DNA of 64,000 bases from an uncultured Acidobacteriota bacterium (GCA_963703465.1 CAVPEQ010000014.1:50839-114838); one strand, 5' to 3'; counted from the stretch's first letter, positions 47,401-56,039 are shown. Program-made: numbers and translations. The notes: generated by a model not told the origin, from the letters alone.

Positions 47401-48340
47401 CGGCCTTCGAGGCTTGCCGCTTCAGCGAATTCACCTGCCGCGTCACTTCGTCGAAGATGTCATTCACGCGATTTAAATTCTGCTTGGCATCTTCAAGGCG
47501 CGCTTCGGCTAAACGTTTTTTGGTCTTGAATTTGGTGATTCCCGCCGCTTCTTCAATGATCGCTCGGCGGTCGGTAGGTCGGCTGCTCAGGATTTGCCCG
47601 ATGCGCCCCTGCTCAATAAGCGCATAAGACTCCGGCCCGAGGCCAGTTCCCATAAACAGTTCCTGAATGTCTCGCAGACGGCATAGCTTTCCATTGAGTA
47701 GATATTCACTATCGCCCGATCGGAATAGCCGACGCGTGACCGCAATTTCTCCGGCTCGGAAAGCCTGCTGAAACTTGCGCCGTCGAATTTTGAGGACCAC
47801 GTGGCCAGCGGGGGCTGCCGCTACCGCGTCGCCTTTAACCAGGTGAATTGCAAACTGAGGCTCGTCGTCGGGAAAGGCGACCGCAAGGGTATTAACCTTC
47901 GACCGCGGGACTTCAACTTCCTCGGTCGCGCCAGGCTGTGCCTCTTCAGTTAATTTCTCGACTTCGTCTGCGGCACGCGCGCGAATCTCGGCTTCGTCCC
48001 AATCTTCGGCGGGCATGTCTTCTTGCAGAACCAGCTCGGTCGGGTCGTTCTTGTCGACCCCGTCGTATTCTTGAGGGTCAATCAGCGTCAGCGACACTTC
48101 GGCCATCCCGGTCGGCTTGCGGTCGCGAGTGCCGGCGAAGATCACATCTTCCATGCGCGAGCCGCGCAGGGTCTTGGCTGACTGCTCGCCGAGCACCCAG
48201 GAAATAGCGTCGGCAATATTCGACTTGCCGCAGCCATTGGGGCCGATGATTGCGGCCACACCGTCTCCGTGGAACTTGAGTTCGGTGCGATCGCAAAACG
48301 ACTTGAATCCGAGAATCTGGAGCTTTTTCAGTTTGAGCAA
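44462..48340 (-). CDS. smc: chromosome segregation protein SMC
   Basis: Start placed at TTG 48338-48340, preceded by AAGGAG, giving (M)LKLKKLQILGFKSFCDRT...GPNGCGKSN (Walker A). Long coiled coils and a hinge. C-terminal LSGGEKAMTALALL and FCILDEVDAPLD. Confidence 0.95.
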   Translation of the reverse strand: MLKLKKLQILGFKSFCDRTELKFHGDGVAAIIGPNGCGKSNIADAISWVLGEQSAKTLRGSRMEDVIFAGTRDRKPTGMAEVSLTLIDPQEYDGVDKNDPTELVLQEDMPAEDWDEAEIRARAADEVEKLTEEAQPGATEEVEVPRSKVNTLAVAFPDDEPQFAIHLVKGDAVAAAPAGHVVLKIRRRKFQQAFRAGEIAVTRRLFRSGDSEYLLNGKLCRLRDIQELFMGTGLGPESYALIEQGRIGQILSSRPTDRRAIIEEAAGITKFKTKKRLAEARLEDAKQNLNRVNDIFDEVTRQVNSLKRQASKAERYGRLRDEMRAKLRVVLASKFAHFDQQATEFDLQISSLSEEMRQQSTVMQEFEAEHAERGQRGYAIEAEIRENGGRLSDIKLEVDRNQAQRRHNEERCNELTVRTASSEAELEQGRARLTALEEELNSNRQVLESAAGDLALAQQELEASQLQATSAAGALAEIEQQQEHSRAATLECIASLSNLRNQLTQAEERMAAADREAQRLQSEMAAARAQAETFGGERGQLALEFESVSQRVSALTEEITQTRDSLALKRRQESEGKNHLDGLRAEYASALGKRSSLEAVIAEHGYSTESVRRLFQSGTMQGGLAPVGVLADFLEVEPRYESMVEDFLRDELNYIVVKSWDAADEGLRLLRSDVNGRATFLVHPEDSQARFSFAVADGQPEPPHASIVPLKHTIRVLDGFGKSLEVILPKLRDGYIVPDPQFARNLALENPDAFFLAQNGECFHNVTVTGGKQRAEGPLSMKRELRDVMRVLNELEMALRDQESSVLNLGHEIKELSSLLDRLEADKRDSEKQAMTSGHALRQLDSEMTRVRERCEVCERELTRLAAERASHQQIMVDREVDIALVEEKRAELERLAASAQEQLALLRENRNTTAMGVSERQSQVATLAERHRSAASVLQRIEQLVGEMQTRIASLVSQIEAASTEKSERETENLTIADKLLGLDAEKNACETRAGLLQVESDEVRARIAEIDTMLREARHALDALRDRKAEVSTAAVKLQSDAEYLAQTCMNDLGVERTELMADSTLPRVSGEELVAEDQSCQDMRSRLNAMGPVNMMALEEFKEAAERQAFLETQRKDLLDSIENTQATIKEIDTFSRQKFEEAFNKINENFQVTFKKLFGGGSGMMRLTDLENSAESGIDVVASPPGKRLQNVLLLSGGEKAMTALALLVGIFQYQPSPFCILDEVDAPLDEANIGRFTELVKEMSVQTQFVLITHSKKTMSIAPVLYGVTMQEPGVSKLVSVRFGATA

Positions 48341-48905
48341 CTTACACTCCTTGGTTTGCTGGTCCCCCGGCGCAGTGAGTACCTGATTGGACGGCGGCTT
48401 GGTTGCTGCAGGTTTACCAACCAGGTTCCTCCGGCAGTTCGCTAACTTGAATGCCGTCCCAGGCTGGATGGGGCGGGCACAAATTAGAGCTACTGTACCG
48501 ATCAAATTGCGCCAGGGTCAAGTAATAAAACACCATATGTTGTGGGTAACTCGTCCTAAACCCAGCATTTTGCAGCCGCTATGCAGCTGTAGGTCGAAAT
48601 TAGGGTGTGGGTTAGGGAGGAAGGGGAAATCGCGAGAGCAAAACTAGCCTAGCGCAGGAACGCACTGGAAGCAATGAAAAGCGCAGGCTCAACCCCGCGA
48701 ATCAGGCGCCGCTCCCAATGGAAATTAAAAGCGCTTCCGACGGTCGGATGCCAGCGCTCGTTGCCAGCAGCACTCAATCCAAGCTGCCCAGCGGTTCGCG
48801 CCGCGGTGAGCTGCTGAAGGTACAGATTCTCACTCGCCGAAGTCAGGACATCCCGGCGCAAGCGATGGTGCTCTAAGACATGATGAATTTATCCCAGGAG
48901 ATCCA

Positions 48906-49478
48906 ATGACCGCGAAGAAGTCGCAAAAGACAGCTGAGGAAGCCGCCGGTTCCGGAATGCAGGAAATTGTTGAACGCGTCACCGATATCGGCGAACGCGT
49001 GCAGACGGAGATCGCCGATTTGAATCGTCAAATGCGGTCGAGTTTGAAGAAAGCTAACATAAGTGAAGCCACGATCCCGGACGCTTTTCATAAGGCGCCA
49101 AAGATAATTTCACCCCACGTCCACAGGTGGCTCGATGTCGCGGTCACCAGCTATTTCGCAGTGCTGGGAACAATATTTGCCAAACGAGGCCATGCCAGAG
49201 CTGCTACCGCCGCGTTTGTAAATGCCGCTATGGTCGGAGGCGTGTCAGCCTTCACCGATTACAACGGCAAGGGAAAAAAGCCAATCAGCTTTAAAATGCA
49301 CGGCACCCTGGATGCGATGCAGGCGGCAACAGCCGCATTGGCCCCGGTCCTGCATGGATTCGCCGGCGAAGCTGAGGCCGCATTCTTTTATGGCCAAGCG
49401 GTCAATGAGGCTGCGGTGATCGCGACCACCGATTGGAATGCAGGCATGCCTGCGAAGAAGCGGCGCAAAGCAGCATAG
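48906..49478 (+). CDS. hypothetical protein
   Basis: GGAG RBS ahead of the ATG and a strong terminator after the stop. Hydrophobic central segments. Confidence 0.55.
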   Translation: MTAKKSQKTAEEAAGSGMQEIVERVTDIGERVQTEIADLNRQMRSSLKKANISEATIPDAFHKAPKIISPHVHRWLDVAVTSYFAVLGTIFAKRGHARAATAAFVNAAMVGGVSAFTDYNGKGKKPISFKMHGTLDAMQAATAALAPVLHGFAGEAEAAFFYGQAVNEAAVIATTDWNAGMPAKKRRKAA

Positions 49479-49491
49479 GGTTTGAGATATC

Positions 49492-49523
49492 AAAAGGCAC
49501 TGCGAAAGCCGTGCCTTTTTTTT
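49492..49523 (+). terminator. Rho-independent terminator
   Basis: aaaaggcac / tgcgaaagcc / gtgcctttt followed by ttttt. Confidence 0.8.
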
Positions 49524-49578
49524 GCGCCCGCCTGCAAGTTAGCTCTGCTGCATTTAAGAAAAGATTTACCATTTACTC

Positions 49579-50652
49579 GTGAATCTTCCTGTCAATCCGC
49601 CGGTTCTCCCCATGCTGGCCAAGCGTGTGGCTGAATTGCCTGAGGGTGAGGGTTGGATCTTTGAGCCTAAATGGGATGGATTTCGCGCGCTGGTGTTTCG
49701 CGATGGTGACGAGATCTTCATCCAAAGCCGCGACGAAAAGCCGCTCAATCGATATTTTCCTGACCTCGTTCCGCCCTTACAATCGGCATTGCCGGCACGG
49801 TGTGTGCTCGATGGCGAGATTGTTATCGTCAAAAACAACGAGCTCGACTTCGATCTTTTGCAACTCCGGCTTCATCCCGCGGCTTCGCGGGTGAAACTTT
49901 TGTCTCAGCAAACTCCGGCCTCGTTCGTATTTTTTGATCTGTTGTGTGTGGGAGATCGCGATCTTTGCAGCGAACCATTCGAGAAGCGCCGTCGCGAGTT
50001 GGAAAAGCTGATTTCTTCGGCGGCGCCTCCGATCCATTTGACTCCGGCCACCCGCGACCGTGACGTCGCGGCAGATTGGTTTCGCCGCTTCGAGGGCGCC
50101 GGACTGGATGGCGTGATTGCGAAACCGATGGCAGGTACTTACGAGCCCAACAAGCGCGTCATGTTCAAGGTGAAGCACGAACGCGAATGCGACTGTGTGG
50201 TCGCTGGCTTTCGCTGGCACAAGAAAGGCGATCGTACACTCGTCGGATCGTTGCTGCTCGGCTTGTTTGATGCGGGCGCGCTGCAACATGTGGGAGTTTG
50301 TGCGAGCTTCTCTAACGCCAAGCGACTAGAGCTCGCGGAATTTCTTAAGCCTTATCGCAAGGACGCACTCGCGGACCATCCATGGAAGGGTTGGGCAGAC
50401 GAGCAGTCCACGTCGGGGCGAATGCCGGGAGGACAAAGCCGCTGGAGCCAGGGCAAAGATTTATCGTGGGAACCTTTACGCCCTGAGTTGGTCGTCGAAG
50501 TTGCCTACGACCACATGCAGGGAGACCGCTTCCGTCATACGGCGCAGTTCCGCAGATGGCGTTCGGACAAAAAGCCGAACGACTGCACCTATGAGCAATT
50601 GGAAGTTATTCCGCCACAGGAGATCGCGGCAATCTTTCCGGCAGGACGGTAA
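49579..50652 (+). CDS. ATP-dependent DNA ligase, ligase-domain-only (LigC-like)
   Basis: EPKWDGFR adenylation motif, LDGEIV, EGVIAK-like GLDGVIAKP, and a C-terminal OB region. 357 aa with no Pol or phosphoesterase domain. Confidence 0.85.
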   Translation: MNLPVNPPVLPMLAKRVAELPEGEGWIFEPKWDGFRALVFRDGDEIFIQSRDEKPLNRYFPDLVPPLQSALPARCVLDGEIVIVKNNELDFDLLQLRLHPAASRVKLLSQQTPASFVFFDLLCVGDRDLCSEPFEKRRRELEKLISSAAPPIHLTPATRDRDVAADWFRRFEGAGLDGVIAKPMAGTYEPNKRVMFKVKHERECDCVVAGFRWHKKGDRTLVGSLLLGLFDAGALQHVGVCASFSNAKRLELAEFLKPYRKDALADHPWKGWADEQSTSGRMPGGQSRWSQGKDLSWEPLRPELVVEVAYDHMQGDRFRHTAQFRRWRSDKKPNDCTYEQLEVIPPQEIAAIFPAGR

Positions 50653-50664
50653 AGCGCAGCCCGA

Positions 50665-52014
50665 TTAATCTTTTTTCTGGGCTCTTGCCTTTCGCAGCTC
50701 GCGCCACTCCCTAGTGGGATCGTCGTCCGGATCGGGAGTTTCCTGCTGTGGACGCATTGCCTCGGGCACACTACGCAGATTGATGCGAATGCGCGTCCAG
50801 GTTGACGATCTTCCGCGCATGGAATCAACAAGCACGTCTTCGGGCGCTAGCAACGCAGCGGCGTCGGCATGTTTGCTCTTCCATCTTTCGAGGCCGGCCA
50901 GCGCCGCTGCTTTGTCGGGAGAGTTCGCGACCACAATCAGCGGCATCTTCGTGCGTGGCGTCTTCGTTCTCGATTTGGCTGGGGCTGCTTTCGGCGCGGC
51001 CGACTCTGCTGACCTCGCCCTCGACGGCGCAACTCTCGCGCCCTCCCCTTCCATCTTGCGAAAGTGCGGTGGCCAAGGCGCGTCGCCGAGTCCAGCGGCT
51101 TCATCTTTTGCGGCCAGCTCGAGCAATTTTTCAAGCGAGCCGGGCGCGGAATCCATCTCGGCGTGCGGGTCGCCGATTTCTGCGAAGCGCTTTGGCACGG
51201 TGAACATGGTGAAGTCGGCAGGATCGCAATCCGCCACTTCGTCCCAGCGCAGCGGCGTTGAGACGCGCGCATCCGGCAGCGGGCGTACGGAATATGCCGA
51301 GCAGGTGGTGCGGTCCTTCGCGTTCTGGTTGTAATCGAGAAACACGCCGTGCCGCTCTTCCTTCCACCACTTCGAGCTGGCCAGCGTTGGCAGACGCCGT
51401 TCAACTGCTCGCGACAGCGCTACCGCCGCGCGGCGCACCTCGGCAAACGTCCAACGCGGCTCGATGCGAACGTTCACGTGCATGCCGCGTGAGCCGCTGG
51501 TCTTCGGCCACCCGCGCAGACCAAGTTCTTCAAGAAATGCTTTGACTTCAAGCGTGACCCGCCGCACGCTGTCCCATACAACACCCGGCACCGGATCGAG
51601 ATCGATCCTCAATTCATCCGGATGATCGAGATCGCCAGAACGAACGGGATGCGGATGCAGTTCAATGCAACCCAGATTGACCACCCACGCCAGCCCCGCC
51701 GCGTCATCGACAACAATTTCTTCCGCGGTGCGTCCGGATGGAAATGAAAGCGTGACCGTGCGCAACCAATCGGGACGCTGCTCCGGCGCGCGCTTCTGAT
51801 AAAACGCCGGCGCTTCGGCCCCGTTCACGAACCGCTTAAGCACAATCGGACGGTCCCGAATTCCAGCCAGCGCACCCGGCGCAACCGCCAGGTAATAACG
51901 GACAAGATCGAGTTTCGTAATCCGCGCCTGCGAGAAATAAAGCTTGTCCGGATGAGTGACACGGACTTCACGTCCATCAATCGAGAGCAGCTCGCTGGAT
52001 TCCGGCTTCGCCAC
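50665..52014 (-). CDS. LigD-type primase-polymerase domain protein with about 150-aa C-terminal extension (Prim-PolC-like)
   Basis: VTHPDKLYF...LKRFVNG...FYQK...ELHPH...DELRIDLDP...KTSGSRGMHV, the archaeo-eukaryotic primase (AEP) fold. Followed by a basic A/P/K-rich linker and a tail ...PLIVVANSPDKAAALAGLERWKSKH...DVLVDSMRGRSSTWTRIRINL. Confidence 0.8.
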   Translation of the reverse strand: MAKPESSELLSIDGREVRVTHPDKLYFSQARITKLDLVRYYLAVAPGALAGIRDRPIVLKRFVNGAEAPAFYQKRAPEQRPDWLRTVTLSFPSGRTAEEIVVDDAAGLAWVVNLGCIELHPHPVRSGDLDHPDELRIDLDPVPGVVWDSVRRVTLEVKAFLEELGLRGWPKTSGSRGMHVNVRIEPRWTFAEVRRAAVALSRAVERRLPTLASSKWWKEERHGVFLDYNQNAKDRTTCSAYSVRPLPDARVSTPLRWDEVADCDPADFTMFTVPKRFAEIGDPHAEMDSAPGSLEKLLELAAKDEAAGLGDAPWPPHFRKMEGEGARVAPSRARSAESAAPKAAPAKSRTKTPRTKMPLIVVANSPDKAAALAGLERWKSKHADAAALLAPEDVLVDSMRGRSSTWTRIRINLRSVPEAMRPQQETPDPDDDPTREWRELRKARAQKKD

Positions 52015-52074
52015 CAGAATAGGCTACCACTGGGTTGAAAATGCTTGGGCGGAGTGAAGACCCGAAGCCTTTCA

Positions 52075-52486
52075 CTACTGAAGAAATACTTCCGGCGAAA
52101 GATGAAACCGGCGGCTAAGCTTTTTGATGTGCTCGATGGTCAGACCGCGTTTACCGTTCAAGACCTCGGAAACAATGCTGGGAGTTCCGAACACGTCAAC
52201 CAAATCTTTCTGCTTAAGATCTGTTCGCTTCCATCAGTTCGACCAATATGTCGATTGGCTTGGCCGCTTTCAGGGTATATGCCTTTTCTTCGAAATCCTC
52301 GATCAGCAACGTCAACAGTTCGGCCAGGCGCTGTTCCGCCGCAGTCAATTTTCCCTTCTCGTCTAATTCCTCCAGCATGGCCAGGTAGCGTTCATTCTCT
52401 TTCTCGCTGTGAATCACGGACGGCAAAGCCCTGGCCAGAAGGTCGGCGTATTCAGGGCGACTGGTTGCGGTGCTCATTGTTTCCAT
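52075..52486 (-). pseudogene. higA: HigA-type HTH antitoxin, broken by one apparent 1-nt insertion
   Basis: ORF 52214-52486 ends ...ILVELMEANRS*. The next frame continues DLKQKDLVDVFGTPSIVSEVLNGKRGLTIEHIKKLSRRFHLSPEVFLQ* (TAG at 52075-52077), the HTH half of HigA. Confidence 0.75.
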
Positions 52487-52760
52487 TTCTCCTATCGTAC
52501 TCAGCGTGTGTCAGCACATGGCGGATATACAAACGTTGATAACGGTAATTGATCTCCGTGATCAGTCGATACTTATTGCCCTTGATGTTGAACACGGTCC
52601 ATTTGTCCACACCGTCGGCATTCGCGAATATCTTTCGCACATCCATCAAGTTCTGCCATGAGGCCTTCTTCGCAATTCGAAACCATGCGTCCAGCGCTAT
52701 TTCCAGCTCCGGATACCGTAATGCCGCTTCTTTGAGCCGTTTCCGGCTAATTACGTGCAC
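52452..52760 (-). CDS. higB: HigB-family type II toxin (mRNA interferase)
   Basis: MHVISRKRLKEAALRYPE...WTVFNIKGNKYRLITEINYRYQRLYIRHVLTHAEYD. Overlaps the antitoxin start; toxin-first gene order. Confidence 0.8.
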   Translation of the reverse strand: MHVISRKRLKEAALRYPELEIALDAWFRIAKKASWQNLMDVRKIFANADGVDKWTVFNIKGNKYRLITEINYRYQRLYIRHVLTHAEYDRRNGNNEHRNQSP

Positions 52761-52918
52761 TCAGGCCTCAAAGGCGAAGTTCGCAATCTGCGAACATCGT
52801 AGTTCGCAAAATGCGAATTGTCAAGCCATCGGATGTTAAGGATGAACCAGATTTCCCATCTGGGAACTGCAACTGATTTTTCAGCCCCACTTCCCCACTC
52901 CGCCTCTATACTTGGCCA

Positions 52919-54543
52919 ATGTCCAGCCCGGAACTCCTGGCCGCGCTTGAACGGTATTGGGGCTACTCGTCATTTCGTCCGCTGCAGGAGCGTATTGTTC
53001 AGAGCCTGATCGGCGGCCACGATACCTGCGTGGTCATGCCGACCGGCGGAGGCAAGTCGCTCTGTTATCAACTGCCGGCGCTCGTCTCGGGCAAGACAGC
53101 AGTGGTTATTTCTCCTCTCATTGCGCTCATGCAGGACCAGGCAATGCACCTCAAGCAAATGGGAATTCCTGCAGCGGTGCTGAACAGCATGCAGGACACC
53201 GCCGAGCAGTCGCGCCTGATGAAGAATGCGCGCGAGGGAAAGTACCGGCTGGTCTATTTGTCACCGGAGCGGCTGGCAAAAGAAGAAACGATTAGCTGGT
53301 TGCGGGGCGTCCCGGTTTCGTTCTTCGCTATCGACGAAGCCCACTGCATTTCTGAGTGGGGACACGAGTTCCGCCCCGAGTATCGCCAGCTGAGCAAAGT
53401 GCGCGCGCTGTTTCCGGACAAGCCGATTGCGGCATTTACCGCCAGCGCAACCCGGCGGGTGCGGCATGACATTTTGCAGCAGCTGCAGCTCTCTAGTCCG
53501 CACAAATACATTGCCAGTTTTCACCGCGAGAACTTGCGCTACCTGGTGCGTGAATGTGCTGGGTACGAGCAAAACGCGCTGCTCGCGCGCACTCTGGCGA
53601 ATTATGCGAACAGCAGCGTGATCGTGTACGCGCCGACGATCAGGCGGGTTGAAGAGGTAACCGATTTTTTGCAGGAGTCAGGCGTTCCTGCAATTTCCTA
53701 CCACGGCAAGATGGACGCCGCGAAACGCAGGCAGTCATCAGGAACGGTGGACTTCAGATGAAGTGCGCGTGGTTGTGGCCACGATTGCGTTCGGTCTCGG
53801 CATCAACAAAGCTGCCGTGCGCGCGGTCATTCATCTTTCATTGCCAAAATCTATTGAGCAGTATTACCAGGAAGCTGGACGGGCCGGGCGCGACGGCCAA
53901 CCTGCCGACTGCGTGCTGCTTTGGCAGCGGCGGGACACCGCCTTGCTCGCGCACTTCATCAATCAGATTCAGGATTCGGCAGAAAAGGACCGTTCGTGGC
54001 AGCGCTATCGCGATGTGGTCGGCTTTGCGGAGTCGAAGCGCTGCCGGCATCGGCAAATTTGCGTGCATTTTGGCGAGACGCCGAAGTGGACGAAATGCGA
54101 CAGTTGCGATGTATGCAGCGGAGCGCCGGAATGGCTGACCGCTCCGGTTGAGCTGTCCAGACCTCAACCTAATGATGTTGGAGGTACGGGCGTTCCCGCC
54201 CGCCGAGCCATGGCCTCAGGCAAAGGACGAGATAGCAATTCAAGCTTGCACGAAGTAGTTGATCCTGATCTTCGCGAGTACCTGCGCGAGTGGCGCCGTT
54301 GCTATAGCCAAGGAACTGGGCTTCCCCGCATTCGTGATTATGCATGACACCACGCTCGAAGAACTGTGCCGCAGACAGCCGAGTTCGCTCGAACAAATAA
54401 GGCAGGTGCCCGGGTTCGGCGTGGCTAAGACGCAAACCTACGGGCTCAAGGTGATCGAAGCACTTAACAAATTTCGCGCCGGAGCCCGCGCCGAAGCTCG
54501 GATGGAAAAGATGTCGCGCCCCGTGGTCGACGTCGCGAACTGA
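52919..54543 (+). pseudogene. recQ: ATP-dependent DNA helicase RecQ, broken by two apparent 1-nt insertions
   Basis: The protein runs through three successive frames. Helicase core (MPTGGGKSLCYQLPA, IDEAHCISEWGHEFRP) up to ...YHGKMDAAKRR. Then SHQERWTSDEVRVVVATIAFGLGINK...YYQEAGRAGRDG...CRHRQICVHFGE...CDSCDVC (Zn/RQC). Then AIAKELGFPAFVIMHDTTLEELCRRQP...VPGFGVAKTQTYG (HRDC). Confidence 0.85.
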
Positions 54544-54557
54544 TTACTTGGCATTTC

Positions 54558-55751
54558 TCAAAAGGCATCGATACCCGTCACGTTTTGCCCGATGATCAGC
54601 GTGTGAATGTCGTGGGTGCCCTCGTAAGTTTTTACCGACTCCAAATTCATCATGTGGCGCATGATGGGGTATTCGTCGGCGACGCCGTTGGCGCCCAGAA
54701 TGTCGCGTGACAGTCGGGCACATTCGAGCGCCATCCAGACGTTGTTTCGCTTGGCCATGGAAATGTGCTGGTGCTGAACTTTTTCCTGATCTTTGAGGCG
54801 TCCGACTTGCAGCACTAACAACTGCGCCTTGGTGATCTCGCTGATCATCCATGCCAGCTTTTCCTGAACCAGCTGACGCGAGGCAATAGGTTCGTTGTGG
54901 AACTGCTTGCGAAATTGCGAATATTGCAGCGCGCAATCGTAGCAGGCCATGGCCGCACCAATCGCCCCCCACGCGATTCCGTAGCGGGCCTGATTCAGGC
55001 ACATGAGTGGAGACTTAAGCCCACCGGATTTTGGCAGCAGATTCGACGCAGGCACGTGGACATCCTGCAGCGACAACGAAGAAGTCACCGAGGCACGCAG
55101 CGACCACTTGCCGTGAATATCTTCGGCACGGAAGCCGGGACGATCGGTCTCGACCAGAAATCCGCGAATCGAGCTGGCATCGTTAGGATCTTTGGAGTCG
55201 TCGATCTTCGCCCAGATCACCGCGACGTCGGCGATGGAGCCCGAGGTGATCCACATCTTCTCGCCGTTCAGCACATATTCGTTGCCGACTTTGCGTGCGC
55301 GCGTCCGCATGCCGCCGGGGTTGGAGCCAAAATCAGGCTCGGTTAACCCGAAGCAGCCGAGCTTTTCGCCTTTTTGCATGGCAGGGAGCCAGGTTTGCTT
55401 TTGCTCGTCGCTGCCGAAGGCGTAAATGGGATACATCACCAGCGCCGACTGTACGCTCACGAACGACCTCACGCCCGAGTCGCCACGCTCCAGTTCCTGC
55501 GTGACCAGGCCATACTCCACGTTCGACATTCCCGCGCAGCCGTAACCCTTTAAGCTGGCGCCGAAGAAGCCCAGATCGCCCATGGGTTGGACCAGTTCCC
55601 GGGGAAAGCGCCCGGCACGGTTGCATTCTTCAATGATTGGGATGAGGTTGTCCTCAATGAACTTGCGGGCGGTGTCGCGGACCAGGCGTTCGTCGTCACT
55701 GAGCAACGTATCGAAAGCGATGAAATCCACTCCGCGGAATTTAAGGGCCAT
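54558..55751 (-). CDS. gcdH: acyl-CoA dehydrogenase, glutaryl-CoA dehydrogenase-like
   Basis: CFGLTEPDFGSNPGGMRTRA...YVLNGEKMWITSGSIADVAVIWAK...YEGTHDIHTLIIG. Start at ATG 55749-55751. Confidence 0.8.
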   Translation of the reverse strand: MALKFRGVDFIAFDTLLSDDERLVRDTARKFIEDNLIPIIEECNRAGRFPRELVQPMGDLGFFGASLKGYGCAGMSNVEYGLVTQELERGDSGVRSFVSVQSALVMYPIYAFGSDEQKQTWLPAMQKGEKLGCFGLTEPDFGSNPGGMRTRARKVGNEYVLNGEKMWITSGSIADVAVIWAKIDDSKDPNDASSIRGFLVETDRPGFRAEDIHGKWSLRASVTSSLSLQDVHVPASNLLPKSGGLKSPLMCLNQARYGIAWGAIGAAMACYDCALQYSQFRKQFHNEPIASRQLVQEKLAWMISEITKAQLLVLQVGRLKDQEKVQHQHISMAKRNNVWMALECARLSRDILGANGVADEYPIMRHMMNLESVKTYEGTHDIHTLIIGQNVTGIDAF

Positions 55752-56039
55752 AAGAAGCTCGATTCTGTTCCCTACTCGGAGTGTGGCGCGGACACTTTTG
55801 TCCGCGAAAAGATGGTACCGAACCCGAGATCTGTTGGTGCTCCAAGCTTTTGGCGGACAGGAGTGTTCGCCCCACACGGCCTTTAAAGACAAACGTTTGA
55901 CGTTAGCAGAGGTGCGGGAAAGCGGTCAAACGCACGAACCCTTTGGGGAACTGTCCTCTATTGCATCCAGATTACAACTCTTTTACGAGATCAGGCAGGA
56001 GGATTCCCATAGAACGCATCTATACTGACGCAGACGGAA

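Noticed and set aside
48341-48505. 55-codon N-terminal extension of smc in the ORF track (start 48505).
   Set aside because: The conserved SMC N-terminus begins at (M)LKLKKLQILGFKSF. A TTG at 48338-48340 with an upstream AAGGAG fits. The extension has no counterpart in SMC proteins.
48649-48861. 70-aa minus-strand ORF upstream of smc (…SENLYLQQLTAARTAGQLGLSAAGNERWHPTVGSAFNFHWERR…).
   Set aside because: It might be a gene fragment, but I cannot tie it to any family, and it has only a TTG start with no RBS.
2048-54543. Programmed +1 ribosomal frameshifting as the explanation for the nine breaks.
   Set aside because: There is no common slippery or stop-codon context and no upstream SD-like stimulator at the junctions. 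The affected genes are unrelated housekeeping genes that are unbroken in other bacteria, as far as I know. A technical insertion bias is far more likely. The idea is retained only as a remote alternative in the finding.
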